DNA of 64,000 bases from Emiliania huxleyi CCMP1516. Its lineage: Eukaryota. Shown piece after piece: positions 33,790 through 46,198 of this stretch (the stretch's first letter is position 1; every line of letters starts with the position of its first letter). The position numbers and the translations under genes were made by a program. The DNA lies in contig NW_005201192.1 in the NCBI RefSeq assembly GCF_000372725.1, positions 248,001 through 312,000 on the forward strand, given 5' to 3'. The notes beneath the pieces are model-generated. The model was not told the DNA's origin. It was given only the letters and a program-made list of their open reading frames with translations, and searched no databases.

Positions 33790-36700
33790 ATGAGTGCGCT
33801 GGTCTTCATCGCGAGCTGCTGGGCTGCGCCACCCCGGCCGCGCCTGCACCGCCCCGTGCCGATCCACGCTGCCGTATCGACTGCACCGACTGGCCGGCGC
33901 GTCGTGCTCGGATTTGCTCGCTCCGCCGCCGTCACTGCCGCTGGCGCTGCACTTGCAAGCGGTTGTGGCGCTCGAGCGGCTGGCGCTGCTGGCGCGGCGG
34001 ATGCGACGGCTGAGTGGTACGTGGGTGCGGAGTCGGCCACCGTGCTGCGGTGGGTCGATAAGGACACTATCCCACCCGGCGCGGCGACGGCCATGGAGGC
34101 GTTCTACACGCTCGAGTTCACGACGTACCTATCTCGCTTCCTGCTCAACTTTGACGCCGACTGCGCGGCGTGGTGGGAGACGCGGATGGCGGCGATTCCC
34201 GCGAACCTCCCGCCGGACAAGCAGACTTCGCGGCGCAACGCCGCCTTTGGTGCCTTCTCTGCGTCGGTCGAGTACGGTCTGCGCCGCTACCCGGGCGCGA
34301 GCGGGCCAAAGGCTCTGCTCCGCTCGCTGGAGCGGCAGCACGGCTCGGACCCGGAGGCGTGCCGGCACCTGGCGCTCGCATTCACCTTCCTCGACGAGCG
34401 CTCCCAGCCGCGCGACGATATCGCCCGCCTCGTCCGCCGCGTGACTGCGGGAGAGAGCGGCGCGACCGGCACTGGTGTGCAGCAGAGACGAGCTGAGACG
34501 TGGGCGGGATCAGCCGAGGTTTATCCGAGGAGTGGCCGATGCTAAGCCGAGATGCAGTCGATCCAGAGCGGCAGCGGCTTGTCCGCCCCGCCCCAGCGGA
34601 CTGCCCCACGAGCCTTCTCCTTCCTTCTCCTTCCTGGAGCCGTCTCTTCCCTTCTCTTCCCCGCTGCCGCAGCCTTCTTCTTCTCGTCGCCCTAGCCCTG
34701 CCCTTCTCCCCTTGCGGCTGCAGGCGGCTCGGTCACCGCGATTGTGCCTCCCGCCTTCTCGCCCGGCCTGCCAGACTACTTGTGGCAGGTCCCCGCCGCC
34801 GGGTAGAAGTCATTCGGAGACCCATTCGGAGCATTCGGAGACCGACTCGGGCCCGCAGCAGATGCAGATGCAGCAGCAGATGCAGCAGATGCAGATGCAG
34901 CAGCAGCTCGCGGCTTCAGCCAGACCGCCTTGCGGTCGCAGGACCCCACCGCGCTGCTCCCGTCGACGCAGCTGCCGGTGCGGACGCGCAGCGGACTGTA
35001 CGAAGTGCGCGGGCTCGCGCCCTTCCTGCTCGACGGCAGGCCAACTCTCGCGCCGCCGCCCGCCGCCGGCCAGCGAATCGCGCGAGCCGGCCGTCCTCGG
35101 GCCGCGCCCTCGGCAAGGCGTTTGCCTGATCTCCGTCGGAGCGGCGGCTTTAGGCTCGCACGACTGTCTTCGGGCCGCGCGGTGACGTGGCGGGCGAGGA
35201 GCGGGCGCTGCGGCTGGCCGACTTTGCGCTCTTCGCCCTCGCCGGCTGCGCGGGCTGCGCCGGCACCGCTCTCCGCCCACCCCCCTTCTTTTCGGCCCCC
35301 CTTTCCTGTCCACACCTCGGCGGCACCTCTAGGCACCCACTCCGCCGTGATCCCGCTGGACGTGGTCAAGACACGGCTGCAGACGGCGCCAGGAAGGTAC
35401 GCCACCCTCCAGGCCGCCTTCGGGGACATCTTGCGCGAGGAAGGGGCGGAGGGGTTGCTGCTCGGGGCGGCGCCGACGCTGCTAGGGTCTGTGTCGACCC
35501 CCCCCTCGCTCCCTATTTAATGGACGGGATTGGGCTCATATCACGCGCAGAACACTCAGATCCCTGTTAGGCACGTTCCCTCCGCGCTTGGGCTGTATTG
35601 CACTAACCCCCCTTTCACACCCCGCCGGCTGCCCCCTCATACCCGGTAAAGTATCGTGTTGGGTCCCATTCTCCTGAGAGACTGTGCATAATACTACCAT
35701 TTTGCCCNNNNNNNNNNNNNNNNNNNNNNNNNNNNNNNNNNNNNNNNNNNNNNNNNNNNNNNNNNNNNNNNNNNNNNNNNNNNNNNNNNNNNNNNNNNNN
35801 NNNNNNNGCCCCCCTCCCCCCCGCAGGTACGCCTACTACGGAGCGACCGTCTACCCGGGCTTCGAGTTCTTCCGCCGCACCTTCGACCTCCAGCTCGGCC
35901 CCGCCCTCGCCGCCTCGCTGCACGCGCCGGCGCACCTCCCCTCGCCCGCGTGGCGGGGCGGTGGGCCGTCTCCCCCCCCCACCCCACCCTCTGCCCGCGG
36001 CCCGCCCCTCTCAGGTGGTCCTCCTCTCGGGCGCCTGCGCGACGGTGGTGGCTTGCCTCGGCGTCTGCCCCGCCGAGGTGGTTCGCATCCGGATGGTCTC
36101 TCGCCCGGAGGCGTACGGCGGAGGCACGCCTCCTACAGAGACACACCTCCGACCCATTCACGACACCTCCGACACCCCCCGACACACCTCCGACAGCCTG
36201 CCACGCCGCTTGAGTCTCCGCGGTCTTTCATGGCCCCGCGCCCCCGCCCCTCCCCCACCGCAGGCTCCGATTTGGGCGGGGCTCTCGCCGCCTTGCGCGC
36301 CGAGGCGGAGGCCGCGGGTGCACCGCTCCGCTCGCTCCTCTACTCTGGCTTCCGCCCGCTCGTGCTGCGCCAAGTCATCTTTGGGATGATCAAGTTCTTC
36401 ACCTTCGACTTCGTGGTGGGGGCGGTGCTCGAGGTGGCGCCCCAGCTCGGAGAGTCGGCGCCGAGCCCCTCCCCCCCCCCGCCCGCACCGAGGGAGATCC
36501 GCCGAGGTGAGCCGAGATGTGCCCGTAGGCGCAGACCGAGCTCCTCCTCTCCCTCGGCGCCGGCCTGGTCGCCGGCGTCGCCTCCTCCCTCATCTCCCAG
36601 CCCGCTGACACGATCCTGTCGCGCATGAACCGCGGCGCGGCCGCCGCCGCCACCGCGTCGTCCGCCACGACCGCCGCCGCCGCCGCCACAGCTGCCACAG

Positions 36701-37111
36701 CTGCCACCGCCGCGCCACGCGCCGCCGCCTCCGCCGCCGCTGTCGCGCGCGCGCCGCCGCCGCCGCCGCCGCCTTCTCCTGGACTGCTGCGCTCGGCCCG
36801 CGAGATCGTCGCCGAGTACGGCGTCGGGGGTGCGCCGCCGAGATATAGCCGAGATCTGGCCGATATTTGGCCGCGATCTATACTCCTACCTCTCTTGCCT
36901 TGACGCGAGGGCTGGCACAGCCCGTCGCCTCGTTCGCTCGCACTCCCGCCGCCCGTGGACGACCCTTGCAGGCTTCTACCTCGGCGCTGGCGCGCGCTGT
37001 GTCTGGTCGGGCGCCATCATCGCCGGCCAGTTTTTCTTCTATGACCTCGCGCGCCAGCTGCTCAACGTCGCCGCGGACGACTTGCTCGTTGTGCTGGACG
37101 TCAACCTGTAG
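33790..37111 (+). CDS. Mitochondrial carrier family (SLC25, phosphate-carrier-like) protein with a long N-terminal targeting/extension region, multi-exon
   Basis: Three carrier signatures PLDVVKTRLQ, PAEVVRIRMV and PADTILSRMN; signal-like start MSALVFIASCWAA; gap at 35708-35807. Confidence 0.9.
35708..35807. other. Assembly gap (N run)
   Basis: Run of n characters. Confidence 1.
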
Positions 37112-37369
37112 CCGCGCGGCGTGGCGCCACCGCTGACGCGAGCTCCTTGGTGTACGTATCCATGTATGTGTTGTGTTAGTTTTGGGCGAGTAATGCGTAA
37201 AGTAAACACGGCGGGTCTGCAATGCTCGACCTTGTCGTCGGTGGCAGCGCCTGCACGGCACCAGGCTTTTTGCACGAGTATATACTCCCGGGCCACACTG
37301 ACCCCCGCCGCGCTGCCCGCCGCTCAGATGGGAGTTGGGACCCTCTCGGCCCACGGCCCAACCCTCGCT

Positions 37370-37907
37370 TTGGCCTGTATATACTTTTCCGGCAAACAAA
37401 AAGGAAAACAGAGGGGCCCCAGCACTTTGCGTTTCCGGAAATTTCCAGGGAAAACAGAGGGTGTTTGGTGCTCCATTCTGGAAACTCGCGAGTTTCCCTG
37501 AGTCTGAGAGGTGAGAGCTGGTCTGGGGCAAAATCTGAGGCAAAATCGAGGAAACCGGCAACCTCCCGGGCTTTTTCCAGGTATACCCGGGTTTTTCCAG
37601 GTTTACCCGCAAAATACCCGGCATTTTGCCGATTTGGCTGATTTTGGGCCCAAACCAGCCTCAGACTCGGCTCAGAGCCCGGAAAATTTGATGGTTTCCC
37701 CGGGCAAATAGAGAGGAAAAGAGAGGGTGCTGTAGAGAAAAAAGGAAAGGAAAAGAGACGGGGTGCGAGAGGAAAAGTATATACAGCCTACAACGCTGTC
37801 TCAAGGTCCGACAGGTTCGGCACCGGGCACCGCCTCGGTATACAAAATGCGCCTGCGGGCGGACCCTCCACAGTGCACAGATCACAGATCACAGATATAC
37901 AGCCTAA
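37370..37907. mobile_element. Second TTGGCC-end non-autonomous transposon; its right TIR is interrupted by a nested insertion
   Basis: Left TIR TTGGCCTGTATATACTTTTCC; right GGAAAAGTATATACAGCCTA(A); 8-bp TSD CCCTCGCT (37362-37369, 37908-37915); body homologous to 18588-19400. Confidence 0.9.
37791..37894 (+). mobile_element. 104-bp retroposon-like insertion (truncated LINE/SINE 3' end)
   Basis: Flanked by the 12-bp direct repeat ATATACAGCCTA (37779-37790, 37895-37906) and ends in tandem CACAGAT units. Confidence 0.75.
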
Positions 37908-38116
37908 CCCTCGCTCCACGGGCTCGGGCTCGAACCGCATCGTCGTCGGCGCCTACCTGCCCCGGGTGTGAAACCCACACTGCCCTGCCCTGCCCAAACC
38001 ACACTTGCCGGGTGTGAATAACTGCCCGCTCGCGAGGTCTCGGAGAAACTTAGGATACACTTATACGAGCGCAGTCGCGCAGAGAACAGTCGAGCGCCCG
38101 TCGGAGAGGTGTTTGC

Positions 38117-39106
38117 ATGTATGGTCACAAGCACGTCGCTTGCGAGGGTGCGCGCACGCTCTACACGGCGACGCGGCTCGCGCAGATCGAGGAACAAGTC
38201 CTCGTGTGGGAGCAATCAAGCCTTGCTCGGCTCAGTGAGGCCATCACAACGCGAGGTCTTGAGCTGCGACGTTCTCAACAACCTGAACCTCGCTCATCCG
38301 TCCGTCACCCCTCGGGCGTGGAACGGTGGTCCATGTCGATGCTGCCGCTCACTGACGAGGGGTGCGGCTTGCGTAAGAATAGCTCGTCGCCAGTCCATTA
38401 CAAGCTACGCCCAAACTACGAACTCTGGCGGAGCGCCGTGACTGCCTCCTGCGCTGGATCGCAAACAAGCGTCCCGGAGCTGACCTGGAGAGCACGGCGC
38501 AAGGACGGGGACCGAGAAAGCTGTGGATGGAAGGCCTTCGCCGATGATCCAGAGTGCGTTGTGTACTCGCTCGGTTCGGCAGGCAACTATCAGTTCGAAG
38601 ACAATCTTTTGCGCTCAACGCGATGCACCGTGCACACCTTCGACTGCACGCTAGACAGCGCGCGTTGCGAGACCCCAGCCAAGCAGCGCTGTGCATCGAG
38701 GTACAACTCAACGCATCTCATTCGCACGAGGCACTGGTTCCACCCCTTTTGCATCGCATCGACCGACGGTATGCCTGACGCGCGCTACAAGACGCTGCGC
38801 ACGGTCTACCGCAATCTGGGCCACGACTCGAAGCGCCTCTCACTCCTAAAGATGGACATCGAGGGCTTTGAATGGCCTATCCTCCAGTCGTGGCGCATTT
38901 CAGATGTGGCGCTGCCGGAACAGTTCAGCGCAGAGCTTCACTGCACAACGCAACCCCAGCCCCGCGGCCACCTCCGCCAGATTTCTCTCGGGGAGGCGAC
39001 CACGGTCCTCTCCCACTTCCACCGCCTTGGCTACAGGCTGTCGCAAGTCGGATGGGAGGGTGGTGGCATCGATGTTAGCTTTGTGCGCACCAGGTGCCCA
39101 GCTTGA
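38117..39106 (+). CDS. SAM-dependent methyltransferase (Methyltransf_22/FkbM-like)
   Basis: CVVYSLGSAGNYQFEDNLL..CTVHTFDCT, LLKMDIEGFEWPIL, PEQFSAELH; start uncertain. Confidence 0.85.
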   Translation: MYGHKHVACEGARTLYTATRLAQIEEQVLVWEQSSLARLSEAITTRGLELRRSQQPEPRSSVRHPSGVERWSMSMLPLTDEGCGLRKNSSSPVHYKLRPNYELWRSAVTASCAGSQTSVPELTWRARRKDGDRESCGWKAFADDPECVVYSLGSAGNYQFEDNLLRSTRCTVHTFDCTLDSARCETPAKQRCASRYNSTHLIRTRHWFHPFCIASTDGMPDARYKTLRTVYRNLGHDSKRLSLLKMDIEGFEWPILQSWRISDVALPEQFSAELHCTTQPQPRGHLRQISLGEATTVLSHFHRLGYRLSQVGWEGGGIDVSFVRTRCPA

Positions 39107-40326
39107 GGATGAGAGCCTTGTTCGTGCGGTGGCGAGGCCAGCCATGGACGCAGACGGTAAGGCAGCTGTAACTGCATGCCGCCCACAGTACCTTTGGCGA
39201 ACTGACTGATACGAGTATGAGCGATAGTATGAGCGATGGTATGAACGATAGTAGTGTAGTACTGTCCCGTTATGTGTGTCCGTTTCGCGTCGTACGACTG
39301 CAGTGATACTGCCGTCGGTTCGCCGACCCACGCGAAACCTCTCGAGACGATACGGCGGCCGGTTCGCCGACTGCCGTTCTGCCCCAGTCCAGGCATCTCT
39401 CATTCTCTCTCTACAGGTGCGGATTCCGCACCTGGACACAACGATGAAAGGAGAGAGAGCAGCCATCGTACCCGTGACGAAAAACGAACGCACACCAAGC
39501 GCTAAGCGTGAGGACACGATTTCGAATTCGGAGGTGCATCTGAGCAAAATTGGGCCCGCTCAGGTGTGAAAAAATTATAAGGGTCAATCTGCCGATTCGA
39601 TCCGGAAGCCACTCGACCACCGAGCGGCCGACGGCCGAAGTAAGCAGAGTAGATGATAGTCTAGAGGTAGAGCGTTCAATCAGCGACCGATATCCGTAGA
39701 ACACATTACCGGGGGAATTAGACACAACAGACACACAGTCATTTAGTACGAAACCTCAGAAGGCCATGGGCGCGGAGAGAACATTCCCCCGAGAGCAAAA
39801 AAGAAAAAAAGCACAACCAAACCTCCTTGCGCAGACCAGTGACCCTCGCTAAGTGTCGCCGTCATCGGGGCACGCTATCCTGTGCAGACAGGGCAAGCGA
39901 GGGCGAGGCGCACTCCCATCTCTCCTGTGTACGGATGGTGACTGTCCCTAGTCTCGGAGGCAAGGGCGAAGCTAAGAATATTTAATTTTTGAAAGGAGAG
40001 AGAGCTGTGAAACTTTCGTCTGTGTCACCAACTGGTGTCACCCTAAAAAATCGCAAACCCTGTCAGCAGTCCACCTTCGGGGTTCCTACGAGCTACATAC
40101 ACCTAAAAAATACTGAATCCGCGAGACCCCCAAATCCCCTGTCTCAGGCTCGACGGAAGAGGACCCCCCCCCCCACACCCCCCACCCACCCACCCGCCAC
40201 CGCCCCCGGCAGCACCGCGCTAGTTCTGCTCCAGCCACAGGAGCGAGGCCCGCTCCGCCTCCTCCGCATCCCGCCGCGCCTGCCGCTCCGCCTTCTCCCG
40301 CTCCTGCGCCTCGCGGTCAAACGCCC

Positions 40327-41886
40327 ATGGCCGTATCGTGCTCACTGCTATTCCTCAGCGCGGCCCTCCAGCCGCCTGCGCGGCGCTCGAGGCCGGTGCC
40401 CACGCACCGACCAGGAGGCTGGAGCGCGGATCGTCAGCGTGACTACCATGCCGCCGTCGCTCACCGCGTGCTCACTCGTGGAGGGCACGGAGGCGATGGC
40501 CGGGCAGTAGCAGGCCTGCCTGGCATCGAGCAGCTCGACACCGACTACGCTGGCGCTGCTGCAGCCGATGATCGGCGACGAGAGTGGCAGGGTAGAATCG
40601 GACGCGACGAGCCGTCCTCCGCGGCTCCGCTCTACTCGTGCGCCGTCTGCGCGCTGACGTTTGACCGCAAGAAGCAGCTCGAGGAGCACCTGGCGGGCAA
40701 GAAGCACCGCGCGGCGGAGGCGGCGGCAGCGGGGCACTGGGCCGCCTTTCAGCGCAGCAGCTGGTCCGAGGCGTCGCTCGCGCTCGACGAGCAGCGAGCG
40801 CTCGTCACCTGCGCCTTCTCCCTCCCCGCGTTTCTCGACGGCCTCCCGTCGCGATCGCGTGCGGACGGCTCCGGTGTCGCGCCGCACGTGACCATCTCCA
40901 GCCTCGCGCCGCACAAACGGCTCATGCTGTGGAGGTACCTGAGAGAGCTGATGCCGAGCCGGCCTCTTCTTCCAGAGGCCACTCTGGACCACAGCGATAG
41001 CCGGCGGCAAAGGTGGACGCTTGCCTGAACGTTCTCGGAACCCACCTGTAGGTCTTTGCCCAGCTCGAGCGGCAGCACGGCCGCTTCGCGCGCGTCAAGG
41101 AGATTCTCGAGAGCGGCCAGGTGTTTGCGGAGGCGGAGCAGGCGGTCCTGCGCAGCGACCCGGACGCGGTCGTCCAGCGCGGCAAGGCGGCGACACGCAG
41201 AGGCCGTTCGTGCTCGCCCTCCGTCCAGCGGGCCGTCGACGTGGCGTGCGGCCACGGCCTCGTCGGTGCCTTCGGTGCACATTTCGCGGAGGTCGCGTCG
41301 CTGCGCCGTCACCGCTGCCCTTCCCCTCGCCGCACCCGCAGGTTTGCTGCTCGCCTACCGCTTCCCCGCCCTCTCCGTGGTCGGCGTCGACCGGAGGCAG
41401 AGGCCAGCCTACACGGCGTACGTCGACGCGTGGCGAGCGACGCATCGCTCGGCCGGCGCGGCCGGCGCGGGGGAAGGAGACGTCCTTGGCAACGCCCAGT
41501 TCGTGGAGGGGGAGGCGGCTGAGTTGGTGTCGGGCGAGCCGCGGGTGCGCGTCGACGGCGAGACGTTCGTCTTGTGCGTGCACGGCTGTAACGAGGTGAA
41601 TGTGGAGGCGGTGGAGATGGCGCGGGAGTGCGGCGCGAGTTGGATGGTGGTGCCTTGTTGCCTGAAGACCGAGCTCTACGTTCAGCTTGAGAGCATGCGA
41701 CTCACGGATGCAATGCAATATGCGTTTCTCTGCGGCTCAATGGCCAAAGCCTACGGCGCCGAGCGCGTTGCCACGCTGGACGCGCGAGTGACGCCGAGGT
41801 CGATTGTTCTCTCTGGCGGAGGGCGGGACCAGCGGGAACGCGCGAGAGAGGATAGAGTGGCCTGTGAACCTCTCCACACGCGATAG
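40327..41886 (+). CDS. C2H2 zinc finger plus class I methyltransferase-like protein, 3 exons
   Basis: CAVCALTFDRKKQLEEHLAGKKH, RVKEILES, VDVACGHGLVG|LLLAYRFP..VGVD, CVHGCNE, VVPCC. Confidence 0.8.
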
Positions 41887-42117
41887 TGACAAAATGAGAC
41901 ACGTACAATAATTACGTGAATACCCCGTACGAGTATAGAGAGTTACACGGTGACCCTTACAGCAGGGCTGGTCGAATAAAGCGCATGACACAGCCCCGCA
42001 TCGACAAATCTTATTGAGCGGAAAGCTAGGGGTGGGGCGGCGCGGCGAGCGCGAGGGTGCGGTTTTGCCGGCTCGGCTGGCTCTGGGAGTTAGCGCATGT
42101 GTGCAGCGCTCTACGGC

Positions 42118-43827
42118 TCAGCCGAGCCAGCCGCCGTACGAGTATGTGTCGCCGCCACCCTGCTCGCTCCCGATTCTGTTCTCGAGCAAGCGAGCGGCGG
42201 GGCTAGCCACGCCCTTTTGCACAGCTGTCGACGTCGCTCCGGCGACCGCGGACGCCGCGGACGCCGCCCTTTCAGTTTCACCTCCGCCGAGAGAGGCGCG
42301 GACGGCTACCTCGGGCTCCGCATATGCGATCTGCATCACGCTGCCCGTGCCCCGCCCCACCACACCGACCCTGAGGTCGAGAGAGATGTCGAGCCCCACT
42401 GTCACTGCGCCCTTTGCGAGCAGCTCGAGGAGTAGCGTGTTGAGGGTGGTGGCGGGTGCGCGCAGAACGATCGGGAAGGCGCGGTCCGACGGGCGGCGCG
42501 AGACGGCCGCGAGTGCGAGCGGCGGGTCGAGCCGCGGCATCGTGACGGAGCCAACCTTGGAGCCGCCGTAGACGATGCCTATCGAGATTGCCTGGACCGA
42601 AGCCGAGACGTTGAACGGGTTGGATACGCGGCAGGCCGCGGAGGCGTGGACGACTGCGTCGCCCCACGGGTTTACCAGCTTGCTCGTCACCAAGCCAGTG
42701 AGCGCCTGCGGGACGTCCAGCGACATTGCGATCTCGTCGAAAAAGTGCGCGCCGCCTGGGCGGCCTGGAAGCGACGTGTCGAGGCGCAGAGACGAGAGCG
42801 CGGCATCAAACAGCGGCTCGCTGGCGGCGGTGATGACAGCGGTCAACCCTGTCGACGCCCTGCCCGACACGTAGTCATGGAGCACCGCGCGAAACGCATC
42901 CGACTCCTCGTCGGGGACGGCGAGATGCCCAGTAAGCGAGAGTGAAGTGACTCCTCTCCGCATGCTGACGGGTCCGACCGTCGACACCTTTGCGAAGGCC
43001 GTGCCGTCGCTTGTCAGGATGGAGAAGTCGAGCACGCCGATGGAGAGGAGTTGGAAGGACGACGGGTTCCGGATGCGCACCCCCATCGACAGCGCGACGG
43101 TGGCGTTGCCTTGGTTTGGCTGAAGCTCGAACGAGTCGATCAGAGGGTCGAGTCCCCCCGCGCCTCTGAGGTGTAGCCGTTTCACAAGCGAGAGCTGGCG
43201 GAAGTGGCCGAGCAGCGGCACATGCACGTCCACCCATCCAGCCACGTCGAGCTCGAGCTCCGACTCCTGCACCACCGCAGCGCTCAGGGCCTGGAGTGGA
43301 CCGAGCCCGAGCGGCACAGCCATTGGGCCGGCGATGGTGATTGGCACCGCACCGCCTCTGTCGAGCGAAATCCGACCCACCTCCAGCCGGCCCACCACCC
43401 CACCACCGTGCATGACGTCGAGGCTGGCCCCGGTTATGCTGCAGCCGAAAGGAAGAGGAATCAGGTCGAGAACGCCTGTCGCCTCGACGAGCAGCGAGCT
43501 TCCGTCGCCAGCCGCGAGGCTGAAGGTTTCCAGCTTCAGCACGGAATTGCCAACGACGGTCTGCACAGCCGACCTCGCAATCACCAGCACAAATACGAGG
43601 GCGATGAAAGCGAGGCACAACTGAGTCCGGCGACGAAAGCGAGGCACGGCTGGCTGCGGGTGTTGGTCGTTTGAGTCAGCAGGTCTGTTGTGGGTCCGTT
43701 TCTTCGCGAGCGGCGAGCTACAGGCGACGGCAACTGGCAGAACGTCATGCGACTCAGCCCGCGGCATGATGTCGGACGCGCATAAGGAGAGGAGTCGCTG
43801 CAAGGACAGACTGTTTTCTGTGATCAT
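42118..43827 (-). CDS. Type II membrane protein with repeated LEA_2/DUF3712-like beta domains
   Basis: Single N-terminal TM, then beta-rich repeats with IRNPSSFQL and VSNPFNVSA motifs; intronless; start may be 43767. Confidence 0.7.
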   Translation of the reverse strand: MITENSLSLQRLLSLCASDIMPRAESHDVLPVAVACSSPLAKKRTHNRPADSNDQHPQPAVPRFRRRTQLCLAFIALVFVLVIARSAVQTVVGNSVLKLETFSLAAGDGSSLLVEATGVLDLIPLPFGCSITGASLDVMHGGGVVGRLEVGRISLDRGGAVPITIAGPMAVPLGLGPLQALSAAVVQESELELDVAGWVDVHVPLLGHFRQLSLVKRLHLRGAGGLDPLIDSFELQPNQGNATVALSMGVRIRNPSSFQLLSIGVLDFSILTSDGTAFAKVSTVGPVSMRRGVTSLSLTGHLAVPDEESDAFRAVLHDYVSGRASTGLTAVITAASEPLFDAALSSLRLDTSLPGRPGGAHFFDEIAMSLDVPQALTGLVTSKLVNPWGDAVVHASAACRVSNPFNVSASVQAISIGIVYGGSKVGSVTMPRLDPPLALAAVSRRPSDRAFPIVLRAPATTLNTLLLELLAKGAVTVGLDISLDLRVGVVGRGTGSVMQIAYAEPEVAVRASLGGGETERAASAASAVAGATSTAVQKGVASPAARLLENRIGSEQGGGDTYSYGGWLG

Positions 43828-45109
43828 CGCTCGGCTGAGGCGGGCAGCGCGCGGAGCGGTTGCTGCACACGTCGAGCTCCTGCAGACCAGCCAGTCAGCG
43901 CCCAGTCCAGAGGCGGGCCTTGGTTCCTTCTTCCGCCGTGACTTTTGAATTGACGCGACCTTCAAGTTATTTGACGGAATTACCTCGCATTCATTCAAGA
44001 AATTTTCAGTGTACGTACGCACTTTTAGCTTTCTGGGAGAAAGGGGAGAGGGGGTTGTGTATGTAGCTCTTACTGTGCCGTACGAAAGTGTGAACAGGTT
44101 GGAGCAGCAGCTCCTGAGCAGCTAGCTGAGCACGGCGCCGCAGGCGCCTGTTGAATAGGTCCAGGTGATAGCCCTGGATGGGCAATGCATACGCCTAGTT
44201 GGGCCTCAGATCGCCCGACCGCGTCCCGGTGCTCTGTGGTCGGATTTGTGACGCCGCCGCACCGCGCCGCGGCCGGGGGCCCTCCGGAGGCCGAGGATGG
44301 CCGTGGCGGACCGGGACGAGCTCTGGGAGGTAAAGTGTCAGTGTATATATTGTAAAGACTAACCATGTGCACAATATATCTCAGTCTAGCTAAGCCAGGG
44401 GAGGCGATGCCGGGGCCGTACAGCAGCTTGATGGTGCTTCGCCGGCGTGCGTCCCGGTCTCCCGGAGCGGTGCCGGACGGGCGGTCCGTGGGAGGAAAAC
44501 GAGGATCAGCGCCGACGGCGCTCTGATTCGACTTTTAACTTCAAACAAAGCCTACCGCACGCGCCGCGAAGGCACTCGGGATTTTGCCAGATCGGCGTGT
44601 TCATGCCGGGATTCGATTCGTGCTTCGTGTGATCGTGTCCCCGACAACCTGGGCAGACTTTAGTCCTCGACAGTACGTACATTCCCGGAGGAGGACTGCT
44701 GTGTCAGAGTCTTCTTCAGATTCAGATCAAACGCACGCGTGGGCACGTGCCGCACTCTCTCCTGAGTCCTGTCCTCCACTCTCAACTCTCCACTCAGCCC
44801 GCGCGCAGAACGCGCACCGCAGTTCGCGTGGGAGAGTAAGCACACACGTGCGCGGACACACAGGGCTCCCGTCAACATTTCCCATCCATACGCAGCAGCC
44901 TCACGAGCCTCTCTACGAGCTTGTTCGGGCCGAGACAAGAATCGGACAGACACAGATTGTGTCGGATGCGGGGGGATGCGATAGCTCACTGCTCATTGTG
45001 CGTGGCCTTTCCTCGCTTCCCAACGCGCGAATTGCGCGGCTGCCGGGCTCAGCGGCGCCGCTGCTCGCCCCCTCACCCCGCTCCGGGGAGGGGGGCGGCT
45101 GCCCCTGCC

Positions 45110-46198
45110 TCAGCGGGCGGGCTCCTCGGGGCCGGCCCCGCCCACGGCTTGGAAGAGCGATGGCGACGGGGGCGGCTGCGTGTCCTCGACCATACGGAGG
45201 AGGCGCTGCCAGCGGTTGCGGATGGCGTGCTCGGTGCGGCCAGGGATGCGCTGCGCGATGCGGTACCACTTGTGCCCAATCTCGCGCACTGTGGAGATGA
45301 TGATTGCGTCCTCCGCCTGCGTCCAACCGATCCGCTCCCGCTTGGCGCCGCCGCCGCCGTCCTCGCCGGCGCTGCCCGTCGAGGAGCGTCGGCGCACGGG
45401 CGGCGGCGCGGCATCCGGCCCGCTGCCGTCGCCTTTCGCGCCGCCCTCGCCGCCCTCGCCGCCCCTGTCGGCCTGGCCGGGGGCGGCGGCGGCGGCGGCC
45501 TCCTCTGGCGCCGAGGCTGTGGTCGTGTCGCCTCCCCCCTTGAGGCGGGACCACCGGTTCCGGACCGCGTCGTCCGAGCGGCCCTGCAGCTGCGGCAGCG
45601 AGGCGATGCGGCGCCACCGGTAGCCAAACTGCTTGACGCCCGACCGGATGATGTCGTCCTCCTCGGTGGTCCACTCCCGCCGCTCGAGCGCGTTGCGCGG
45701 CCGCGAGCGCTCTGCCCCTCCGCCGGTGCCGCCGCCAGGCTTGGGCGCGATTTGCTCGGCGTCGCTGAGCTGGCCGACTTGCGGAGGGGGACTGCTGCGG
45801 CTGCGGGCCGCCGGCGGCGGCGCCGTGGTCGCCGTATGCGTCGCCGCCGCCGCCGTGGCGACCGCCGCCTCCCAGCCGGTTTGCGGCAGCAGCTGATGCG
45901 GCGTCTGCGGATCAGCCGACGGCTGCCAGGAGCCGGCGTACCCTTGGCCCGGGAGGACCACACGAGAGCCCTCTTCGCGGTGGCGCTTGAGGGATTCGCT
46001 CGGGTTGGGCTCAGGCTGGATGCCCGTGGTTGGCTCCACCGTGACATGCGACTCGGCAATCGGAGGCAGGTCCTTCGACTCGGCCCCGCCAGCGCCGTCC
46101 GCGCCCTCCCCGGCCGCCGTGGCGCCGGCCGTCCCTGCCGCGGGCGGAGGCGAGGGCTCGGAGGGCCCTCCCGTAGGCACTTGAGAGTTGGTCGGCAT
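45110..46198 (-). CDS. MYB/SANT transcription factor with two separated repeats
   Basis: REWTTEEDDII..WRRIA..GRSDDAVRNRW and GWTQAEDAII..KWYRIAQRIPGRTEHAIRNRW. Confidence 0.9.
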   Translation of the reverse strand: MPTNSQVPTGGPSEPSPPPAAGTAGATAAGEGADGAGGAESKDLPPIAESHVTVEPTTGIQPEPNPSESLKRHREEGSRVVLPGQGYAGSWQPSADPQTPHQLLPQTGWEAAVATAAAATHTATTAPPPAARSRSSPPPQVGQLSDAEQIAPKPGGGTGGGAERSRPRNALERREWTTEEDDIIRSGVKQFGYRWRRIASLPQLQGRSDDAVRNRWSRLKGGGDTTTASAPEEAAAAAAPGQADRGGEGGEGGAKGDGSGPDAAPPPVRRRSSTGSAGEDGGGGAKRERIGWTQAEDAIIISTVREIGHKWYRIAQRIPGRTEHAIRNRWQRLLRMVEDTQPPPSPSLFQAVGGAGPEEPAR

